Positions 44,732 through 51,419 of a stretch of DNA of 51,419 bases are shown here, piece by piece; position 1 is the first letter of the stretch; each line of letters starts with the position of its first letter. This DNA comes from a virus (taxonomy: Duplodnaviria; Caudoviricetes). A model generated the notes under the pieces. It was not told the origin of the DNA and ran no database searches. It saw only the letters and a program-made list of their open reading frames with translations. Where the stretch lies: positions 1-51,419 of IMG/VR virus record IMGVR_UViG_3300005301_000012; one strand, written 5' to 3'. Made by a program: the position numbers and the translations under genes.

Positions 44732-45883
44732 TTAGTTCGTTGCGAGCTCGGATGCGATTCGATTGACCTTCTTCGATGGAAAGTAGCGGTCCCGTATGCG
44801 AAGGGATGGCTTTTCAACGAACGAGTAAGTCATGCTCGACAGGAGAAGCGCGCCCGACACGTAGATAGACGCACGATACACATAGCCTCCAAGGTCTGTG
44901 GCGCCACCGAAGACGTGACCGACAAAATAGAACGAAGTCAGGTTCGACAGGTATAGGGAGTACGAAAGCTTCGCGATCCATGCTGCTGGCACTGCGATCG
45001 CCCTCGGCAAAGTTGTCTTGATGCCGAGAAGTAGAATTCCGCACACCCCGAGGGAAGTCATGGTGAACAGGAACAGTTTCACCATGAACCGCTCGCCAAT
45101 CCAGGAGGGCCCCATCAAGACCATATAGATCGAGACCGGCAGAAAAGACAGGAGGCAGATCCCTGTGAGCAGCCGCAAGCCGGTTCGAGAGGCAAGCAGC
45201 TTCCGATATGCCACCGCCAGAAGCACGCCAAAAATCAGCGAGTCGAGCCGAAGCAGTGCGACCTTTCTGAGTTGCTCCTCCCAGTCCGTCGCGTACAGCG
45301 CCGCATGCGCCCTTAGGCCCATGGAAAAGAGCAGGATGGACCCTAGAGCCACTGCGATCGCAAACGAGGTCTTTCTGAATATCGCCCATGCGAACACGAA
45401 CGTGAATGGCAGAAGCACGTAGAACACCTCTTCGACGGAAAGGCTCCACGCTTCGGGAAAGAATAGGGGATGCGGCGCAAGAAGATTTTGAGCAAAAAAC
45501 AGATACTTGATGTCTGGCGGATTGCCCAGAAAAGCGAACCCTGTCATGAAGGACACGGTGTTGAGAGCCAAATAGAAATAATAGTTCGGAACCGTCCTGA
45601 ACCACCTTCTCATCATGAAGTGCAGAATGCCCGACGGGTTGCCGTCGAAGATTTTTGCGACGTCAAGAAATATCGACCCTACCAAGAAGCCGCTAAGACA
45701 GAAAAATATCTCGACCCCGAAGTACCCCGCGAGCTCGATCGATGCGTGCAGGCGGGAACTAGGATTCAGGATTAGGATGAGCGAGTGACAGAGCAGCACG
45801 AGCATAATGGCCAATGAACGACACACGTCGAGCCACTGGTTCCGACTGGCGCGGCTATGCATTTCTGGCTGATTTCCTGTCAT
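44732..45883 (-). CDS. Acyltransferase family 3 (O-acetyltransferase-like); start may be 45862
   Basis: WLDVCRSLAI..V...H, GVEIFFCLSGFL, RRWFRT.P.Y, WSLSVEE.FY, SYSLYL, Y.FVEKP; multiple TM helices. Confidence 0.92.
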   Translation of the reverse strand: MTGNQPEMHSRASRNQWLDVCRSLAIMLVLLCHSLILILNPSSRLHASIELAGYFGVEIFFCLSGFLVGSIFLDVAKIFDGNPSGILHFMMRRWFRTVPNYYFYLALNTVSFMTGFAFLGNPPDIKYLFFAQNLLAPHPLFFPEAWSLSVEEVFYVLLPFTFVFAWAIFRKTSFAIAVALGSILLFSMGLRAHAALYATDWEEQLRKVALLRLDSLIFGVLLAVAYRKLLASRTGLRLLTGICLLSFLPVSIYMVLMGPSWIGERFMVKLFLFTMTSLGVCGILLLGIKTTLPRAIAVPAAWIAKLSYSLYLSNLTSFYFVGHVFGGATDLGGYVYRASIYVSGALLLSSMTYSFVEKPSLRIRDRYFPSKKVNRIASELATN

Positions 45884-46009
45884 CGTCTTGGTTGGTGTGC
45901 ATTTTGGAGATTCGTTGCGGTGGACTCTTTAGGTAACGACCGCGTGGCGCGCAAATTTTGCCATGAATGGGCAACGCGCCGTTAGGAGCGCCGCCGCCGA
46001 GGCTGCAAC

Positions 46010-46741
46010 TTAGTTTGACGTGAGAATCGACTTGACTATGGGGGCCAATACGGCAGCCTCGCGGTCTCCCTTGATTTTGTACAGGGCGTCGTTTGGATGG
46101 ATGCAATCCACCAGCATTGATTGCCAGTTTGGCAAAGAAGCAATGTAGTCGTACTGCTGGATCAGTGTTACGCCCTGCTGCTGCGCGATTTGGCGCATGA
46201 TGTTGACGAAGGCTGGCAAATTTGTATAAATCGGATTGCAAACCGGGTTCGGCTCCTCGAGAATCGGCGTTCGCCCGGTTTGCCTCACCACGGCTATCCA
46301 GTTCACTAAGTCTTGCTCGTACTCGTCCGGCGTTCGAATCCGAGAATCATTGACGGCAAAATCGGCCAATACAAGCTGTGCGTCTAGTTTTGAAAGGCGC
46401 GTTGCAAACGGCTCTGTGTAGTACGGTGGCGCGCCAATGAGCGACGCGTAAGCTTGGGAGCCAGCAGCACCATTGTTAATCACCGATACGCTGGAACCGA
46501 ATTGTGACTGCAGATCAGCTTGCAACACAGCCGGCGGCGGATTTGTTGAAGGTATGCAATGGCCGCTCGCATCTGGTCCCAGGCAACCTTCTATCAGCGA
46601 ATCTCCCTCGGCATCGATGATTGCCGGTTTTGTGGTCATTTGTGCTTGCGCGGCCGGAGTAGAGTTGCCGCCGCCACCGCCGCAGCCACTGCATGCCATT
46701 ACGAACATACCAAGAACCGATACGCACAACCCCTTTGCCAT
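46010..46741 (-). CDS. SGNH/GDSL hydrolase-fold lipoprotein
   Basis: Lipoprotein-type signal ending CSGC; GDSL, NNGAAG, VND, DCIHP blocks. Confidence 0.88.
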   Translation of the reverse strand: MAKGLCVSVLGMFVMACSGCGGGGGNSTPAAQAQMTTKPAIIDAEGDSLIEGCLGPDASGHCIPSTNPPPAVLQADLQSQFGSSVSVINNGAAGSQAYASLIGAPPYYTEPFATRLSKLDAQLVLADFAVNDSRIRTPDEYEQDLVNWIAVVRQTGRTPILEEPNPVCNPIYTNLPAFVNIMRQIAQQQGVTLIQQYDYIASLPNWQSMLVDCIHPNDALYKIKGDREAAVLAPIVKSILTSN

Positions 46742-46791
46742 GTCTGCTCGCAAATTGTTCTTATTCCAACGCGCGATGATACACGGCACGC

Positions 46792-47091
46792 CTACAGCTG
46801 CTTCTCTCCATCGGGCTCCAGGGAGTCGGACGTTCCGTCCAAGTCGATAACCGCGCCGACCTCGCGCATGGTCGCTATAACCCGGTCGATGTCCGCTTGC
46901 GGGAGCGTGACCAGCGCGGCGCCCATGAATAGATTCGCTGGCGGGATGCCCTGCGGTTTGTTCTCGTCTGCATACTCGCGCCAGCGCCGGCTGCTTTTGA
47001 GACCAAGTATGCGGGCCATCTGAGTGCCGGAGTAGCCGAGCCGCTCCTTCCACTGCTTCATTTGTGCGACCGAAGGCGGGCGAAAGAGCAT
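46792..47091 (-). CDS. HTH repressor, KorC-like; start uncertain
   Basis: PPSVAQMKQWKERLGYSGTQMARILGL..RRWREY. Confidence 0.8.
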   Translation of the reverse strand: MLFRPPSVAQMKQWKERLGYSGTQMARILGLKSSRRWREYADENKPQGIPPANLFMGAALVTLPQADIDRVIATMREVGAVIDLDGTSDSLEPDGEKQL

Positions 47092-47189
47092 GTTGAGTTG
47101 ATCCAATACGCGCGAAGGCGCGAAAGCGGTATTTCATGGCGAATTTCCTTTCGGATAGCGGCCGCGCGAGTGCGCTTCCTATGTGGAGC

Positions 47190-47218
47190 AAGATAGGCGG
47201 ATTCCGCCTATGCGTCAA
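47190..47218 (-). promoter_or_regulatory. Moron promoter with a 19-bp palindromic operator
   Basis: TTGACG-17 bp-TATCTT; ATAGGCGGA-T-TCCGCCTAT at 47193-47211. Confidence 0.85.
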
Positions 47219-47231
47219 GTAGTGAATTGAT

Positions 47232-47255
47232 AAACCGCCTTCGGGCGGTTTTTTT
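47232..47255 (+). terminator. Intrinsic terminator upstream of the lysis genes
   Basis: AAACCGCC-TTCG-GGCGGTTT-TTTT. Confidence 0.85.
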
Positions 47256-47290
47256 ACACCCGTAGCGCCGGCGCACAGGAGATCGAGCCG

Positions 47291-47710
47291 ATGTCGGATT
47301 TTTGGAACGAGGGTGTGAAGTCGATCGTCACGGCCCTCGGGTCGATCGGCACCTTCTGGGTCGGCGGCCGTATGTGGCGGCAGATCGATCGCCGCCGCCA
47401 GGCAGAGAGTGAAGGGGACGCCGAGATTGTGAAGGCGGACGCTGCCGGGCAAGTCGAATCGATTGCGCGCTTCGAGCGCTTAGCTACGCTGGCGGAGGAA
47501 AGAGCGGGGCGTGCCGAGCAGCGCGAACTGCTTGCGGTGCAACGTGCCGATCGGGCCGAAGAACTTATGCGAGCCGCGGAACGACGGGCAGAGGAGTCCG
47601 AGCGCCGAGCGCGACAGGCCGAGGCTGAGGTCGAGGAATTGAGGCGCCGCATCGAGAGGCTCGAGATCGCGATCGGCAACCGGAGAGCGACTGATGACGC
47701 AAATTCGTGA
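47291..47710 (+). CDS. Membrane-anchored coiled-coil protein (holin/antiholin candidate)
   Basis: AGGAG RBS; N-terminal hydrophobic helix, then a charged coiled coil. Confidence 0.7.
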   Translation: MSDFWNEGVKSIVTALGSIGTFWVGGRMWRQIDRRRQAESEGDAEIVKADAAGQVESIARFERLATLAEERAGRAEQRELLAVQRADRAEELMRAAERRAEESERRARQAEAEVEELRRRIERLEIAIGNRRATDDANS

Positions 47711-48272
47711 CTGGCGCTGGTGGGTCTTCATCGGCTGCCTGATGGGTGGCTTCAGCGGCATGTTGGCGGCCGGATATTTCCTCGGGCAATGGGGCATGTC
47801 GGTCGAGCGCGCGGACTGGGCTGCTGAACGTGCCGCGTACATCAAGAATGTGCCCGTCGCTCGAGCGGAAGAACGGTCTGCATGCATGCGGGAGTACTCC
47901 GCACAGATCGACGGTCTCAAGGCAACGGCGGCGGCGCGCGATGCTCGCGACAAGCAGACAGCTGCCGACGTCGCCGACATGAAGGCGCTGATGAAGACCA
48001 CAAACGATCTGGCCGCATACACGCTGCGATTCCTTGGGGACCGCGCGCGCGTGAATGATGCGCAAAGTGCGGCGGTTCTGAAGCAATCCCGCGAAGCGGC
48101 GGCAGCAGCGACGGCCGCGCAGAAGACGACCGTTCAGGTCGAGCAGAAGGTGAACGTTGCCGCGGTGAAAGCCGATGAGGCCGCGAGCACGGCAAAGGCC
48201 GTCGACAAGAAACTCGACACCGCAACACATCCGGCGCTTCCCGCCAAACCATGGGCTGGTAGCTACCGCTAG
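47694..48272 (+). CDS. Single-TM Ala-rich coiled-coil protein (i-spanin-like topology)
   Basis: WWVFIGCLMGGFSGMLAAGYFLG followed by a long helical region. Confidence 0.7.
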   Translation: MTQIRDWRWWVFIGCLMGGFSGMLAAGYFLGQWGMSVERADWAAERAAYIKNVPVARAEERSACMREYSAQIDGLKATAAARDARDKQTAADVADMKALMKTTNDLAAYTLRFLGDRARVNDAQSAAVLKQSREAAAAATAAQKTTVQVEQKVNVAAVKADEAASTAKAVDKKLDTATHPALPAKPWAGSYR

Positions 48273-48327
48273 CCAGTCGGTCTTTTCACCCATAACCAGC
48301 GCGCAGCTCTGCGCGCCGGAGATCCCT

Positions 48328-48897
48328 ATGTCCCCCGAAACGCTCGCCGCGGCGCTGCAGATTCCGCTCGCCCGTGCCTCTCTGTGGGCCGATCCGCTGT
48401 CGGCCGCGATGGCGCTGTACTCCATAGACACGCCGGCTCGTCAGGCCGCCTTTCTCGCTCAATGTGGCCACGAGTGCGGTCGCTTCCAGTGGCTTCGCGA
48501 ACTGTGGGGCCCGACGCCGGAACAGAAGCTTTATGAACCATTCACCCCGAAGTCCAAAGCGCTGGGCAATACGACCGCCGGCGACGGTTTCCGATACCGG
48601 GCCGGTGGTCTTCTCGGCATCACCGGCCGGTACAACTTCCGGGTGATGGGCCAGAAGATCGGTGTCGATCTCGAAAACAACCCAGATCAGATCGTGCGCC
48701 CTGATGTCGCGTCGCTCGTCTCGGCGCAGTTCTGGACCGATCGCGATTTCAACGCATACGCCGACGCCGGCGATTTCCTGACGTTGAGCAGGGCCATCAA
48801 CATCGGCAACCCGAACAGCACCGCGACGCCGAACGGCATGGACGATCGCGAACAGCTCTGGACTAGCTGCAAAGCCGCGCTCGGCGTCTCCGACTGA
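48328..48897 (+). CDS. Endolysin, glycoside hydrolase family 19
   Basis: AAFLAQCGHE, LRELWGPT, LGN...GDGFRYR..G...ITGRYN, RAIN. Confidence 0.92.
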   Translation: MSPETLAAALQIPLARASLWADPLSAAMALYSIDTPARQAAFLAQCGHECGRFQWLRELWGPTPEQKLYEPFTPKSKALGNTTAGDGFRYRAGGLLGITGRYNFRVMGQKIGVDLENNPDQIVRPDVASLVSAQFWTDRDFNAYADAGDFLTLSRAINIGNPNSTATPNGMDDREQLWTSCKAALGVSD

Positions 48898-48919
48898 CCG
48901 TTCCTTTTCGATTTTCCCC

Positions 48920-48941
48920 GCCGCCTCGAGCGGCTTTTTTT
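48920..48941 (+). terminator. Intrinsic terminator after the endolysin
   Basis: GCCGC-CTCGA-GCGGC-TTTTTTT. Confidence 0.7.
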
Positions 48942-48956
48942 CGTTTGGAGCTTTCG

Positions 48957-49334
48957 ATGAATTCTGCAACCTGGGTCAAATTTCTGGCTGGCGTTCTCCT
49001 GTTCGCCGCATGGTTCGTACTTGTGCTGATGCGCATCGTTCCGCCGGGCCCGCTCGTCGACGCAATCGGATATGCGCTCGTGGGCCTTGGTATCTACCAC
49101 GCGACGTCGAATAGCTCATCGCCGTCGACGTTGCTCGCGTCGCTGCTCGCGCGTGTAACGCCGGCGCCCGCATCCGGCGAAGCCGTCACAGCGCCGCCGT
49201 CGGGCGCCGCAACTGCACCAGCACAGCCGTCGCCCACCGAACCGGCTTTGTCGGCGGCGCCCCTTACGGTTTCGGCGTCGGGGCCGGTTACGGTCGCTGC
49301 TCCGGCGGTATCGGCGGCCGGGACGCTGCAGTGA
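48957..49334 (+). CDS. Two-TM membrane protein with Pro/Ala tail (holin candidate)
   Basis: FLAGVLLFAAWFVLVLM and LVDAIGYALVGLGIY; GGAG RBS. Confidence 0.75.
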   Translation: MNSATWVKFLAGVLLFAAWFVLVLMRIVPPGPLVDAIGYALVGLGIYHATSNSSSPSTLLASLLARVTPAPASGEAVTAPPSGAATAPAQPSPTEPALSAAPLTVSASGPVTVAAPAVSAAGTLQ

Positions 49335-49663
49335 TTCGCGCGGCGTTCATCGCGCTGCTATGCGCGAGCACGTCCGGCTGCGCCTCGCTTTGGTATGCCG
49401 GCATGGCCCGTTATGACATCGAGCCGATCACGGACTCAAAGGGCATCGCCACCAGCTGCTGCGTGCTGAAGGTTTGGAATGGCAAGCAGATGGCCACCGT
49501 CGACGCGATCTTCACGCGCTCGTCCGCCGGCGATTACAGCATCTCGCTCCGGGAGACCGACGTACAGGCCTTCCAGGGGCAAGCAACCGCCGCAGCCGCG
49601 GCATCCGACGTCGCAGCTGCGGCCGCTTCGGCTGCAGTTACGGCAATCAAAACCTTCAAGTAG
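49331..49663 (+). CDS. Predicted lipoprotein
   Basis: MIRAAFIALLCASTSG-C signal; GTGA-coupled. Confidence 0.7.
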   Translation: MIRAAFIALLCASTSGCASLWYAGMARYDIEPITDSKGIATSCCVLKVWNGKQMATVDAIFTRSSAGDYSISLRETDVQAFQGQATAAAAASDVAAAAASAAVTAIKTFK

Positions 49664-49671
49664 GAAATCCC

Positions 49672-50139
49672 ATGAAACGTCTCTCCATGCTGCTCGCGGC
49701 AGGCCTTGTCGCGTCTCTCACACTGCTTGCGGGTTGCAACGGCACCGTGCCGACGCTTTCCTTCCAGCAGGCGACCGCGCTCGTTTGCGCTGATGCAAAT
49801 ACGGCCGTCCAGATCATGACGGATGACGGTGTGTTCACCGGCGGCGCGCTGAACACACTCAACAATGAGTTCAAACCCGCTCTCGATAAGGTCTGCGCTG
49901 CGGGCGTCACGGTTACCACGCCGAACCTGCAGGCGCTCGCCGACGTCGGGCTGCCCTTGCTGAAGTCGCTCGTGAATGCATCGAACCTGCAACAGCAGGC
50001 GAAGAACTCCGCGAATGCGGCTGTCGATGTGGTGACGCTTGCAGTCAATACGGCGATTGCATTGCAGCCGGCGACGTCGACCACGATGCCAGCTGCGCCG
50101 GCGGCGCCCGCGGCCGCGAGCGGGGCAATCGCATCATGA
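49672..50139 (+). CDS. Predicted lipoprotein
   Basis: MKRLSMLLAAGLVASLTLLAG-C canonical lipobox. Confidence 0.85.
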   Translation: MKRLSMLLAAGLVASLTLLAGCNGTVPTLSFQQATALVCADANTAVQIMTDDGVFTGGALNTLNNEFKPALDKVCAAGVTVTTPNLQALADVGLPLLKSLVNASNLQQQAKNSANAAVDVVTLAVNTAIALQPATSTTMPAAPAAPAAASGAIAS

Positions 50140-50954
50140 GCAAACCGATCCGCGTTGCATTCAGCGGATCGGGCTTCAAGGTGCCGGCACACGTCGGCGC
50201 CTTGCAGGCGATCGCCGATGCCGGCTACGAGCCTATCGAGGTCGCCGGCACGTCGGGCGGCAGCATCTGCGCGGCGCTGTATGCGTCCGGCGTGTCGCTA
50301 TCGGACATGAAGATGCTCGCGCTCACGCACGACTGGTCGAACATGATGTCGTTCAGCCCGCTGTCGGCGCTGCGCATGCGCGGGTTCTGCGACGGCAAGA
50401 CACTGCTCGCGTGGATGCTCGATCACACCGGCGGCAAGACGTTCGCGGATCTGGCGATCGACTTTACGGCCGTGGCGTCGAACGTGGCCAACGAGGGCGC
50501 CTTCGAGTTCTCGCGCGCTGCCACGCCCGATGTCCCGATCGGCCTGGCAGTGCGCTCGTCGACGTCGATTCCCTTCGTGTTCGAACCGGTGGTGATCGCT
50601 GACGCGCTGCTGTCGGACGGGGGAATGGTGAATAACATTCCCGTCGACCGGCTGAAGGTGGACGACGTGCCGCGGCTCGGCGTGCAGCTGGTGAGTATGG
50701 AGTTGCCGCTCAAGCCAAAGGCGCGGCTGCTGCCACACCAGTTCGTCATGCGCCTGCTCGATCTGATGCTGTCGGCATGTGAATCGACGCACGTTAGCGC
50801 GGCGCAGGCCGGCGGCGCGTGCATGGCGTTCGTTGAGACCGGCTATGCCTCGACGCTTGACCGCAACATGCCGATCGAGATCCGGCAGCGATTGTTTGAT
50901 GACGGCTATACCGCGACGAAGACGTCCATCGAGTCTTTTCAGCGGTTGCAGTAA
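50136..50954 (+). CDS. Patatin-like phospholipase
   Basis: AFSGSG oxyanion loop, HVGAL, GTSGG nucleophile, DGG catalytic Asp, NNIP. Confidence 0.92.
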   Translation: MSKPIRVAFSGSGFKVPAHVGALQAIADAGYEPIEVAGTSGGSICAALYASGVSLSDMKMLALTHDWSNMMSFSPLSALRMRGFCDGKTLLAWMLDHTGGKTFADLAIDFTAVASNVANEGAFEFSRAATPDVPIGLAVRSSTSIPFVFEPVVIADALLSDGGMVNNIPVDRLKVDDVPRLGVQLVSMELPLKPKARLLPHQFVMRLLDLMLSACESTHVSAAQAGGACMAFVETGYASTLDRNMPIEIRQRLFDDGYTATKTSIESFQRLQ

Positions 50955-51026
50955 GCTATTCGGGCAGCGCGAACAGCCGACGGTGCTCTGCCTTAACGGC
51001 GGCCGTCGGCGCTGCGACCAGTCAAT

Positions 51027-51419
51027 CTATCTCCGCCGTTGGTGAGCCCGGGCGATCTGGTAGGCCGCGCGGTCGGCCGGGTCGTCCGGATCAAAGTCGA
51101 AGGCGGCCGCGCCATCGATCGATTGCCCCGGCTCGCGGTATCGCCCTCCTTTCCCTCCGATTGGGCCGACGCGGAACATTTCCGATTCGATCGCCGAGCA
51201 AGCGTCCCGAAGCGGCGCGGCCTCGCCTGTCAATCGGCCGAACTCGGAGCGTTCCGCCGCACGGGTGGCTTTCGCGAGAAGCTTGTTCAGGTGCGCCAAT
51301 AGCTCGCGCTGGTGCTGAACCTCGAGGATCAGCCGCCAGACATCGCCGTTTTCTTTGTACAGCCGATACCACTCGCGCAGCTCTGCGAGTGTGGGAGGGA
51401 TGAAGGGCGGTAGAGTCAC
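51027..51419 (-). CDS. Hypothetical protein at the prophage right end
   Basis: PPTLAELREWY..DVWRLILEV; start lies at the window edge. Confidence 0.7.
   Translation of the reverse strand: MTLPPFIPPTLAELREWYRLYKENGDVWRLILEVQHQRELLAHLNKLLAKATRAAERSEFGRLTGEAAPLRDACSAIESEMFRVGPIGGKGGRYREPGQSIDGAAAFDFDPDDPADRAAYQIARAHQRRR

Larger units (their letters stand above)
1..51419. mobile_element. Temperate prophage, lambda-like head with Mu-like contractile tail; att sites not visible in window
   Basis: Ordered modules: integrase, early genes, repressor/Cro, replication, terminase, head, tail, lysis; no host housekeeping genes seen. Confidence 0.97.

Noticed and set aside
43152-47200. Diversity-generating retroelement or invertible fibre cassette
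   Set aside because: No reverse transcriptase, invertase or duplicated fibre tip seen
47746-47982. Nested Rz1-like lipoprotein in the TM coiled-coil gene
   Set aside because: Cys at position 6 with no hydrophobic signal peptide
50136-50954. CBASS system
   Set aside because: No CD-NTase or ancillary cap genes in the window
1-51419. tRNA, rRNA, IS elements and att direct repeats
   Set aside because: None recognised by eye; the window is cut at gene ends, so att sites probably lie outside. tRNAscan and a flank comparison would be needed

Overview
The whole window reads as one temperate tailed-phage genome (prophage), trimmed at gene boundaries. It is GC-rich, and the protein style suggests a Burkholderiales host (inference). 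Layout: integrase/excisionase and a leftward early operon (1-12.6 kb) with a J-domain protein, an ASCH-like protein, a secreted two-gene module and a large ParB-like protein; an immunity switch (a repressor with no peptidase domain, an apparently leaderless Cro, GGCAATGCC operators); a rightward early operon (CII-like regulator, initiator with iterons, nin-like genes, Q-position regulator with promoter and terminator); a lambda-like cos/terminase/head module joined to a Mu-like contractile tail; a reverse-strand moron (KorC-like repressor, SGNH lipoprotein, family-3 acyltransferase); and an expanded lysis region with a GH19 endolysin, membrane proteins, two lipoproteins and a patatin-like phospholipase. 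Most interesting signals: (1) the secreted Gly/Ser-rich protein with a Cys-containing secreted partner; (2) the patatin gene coupled to the lysis cluster; (3) three antisense passenger genes, each spanned by translationally coupled sense-strand bridge ORFs; (4) the autoregulated acyltransferase/SGNH moron. All family assignments come from motif recognition and gene order, not from database searches.
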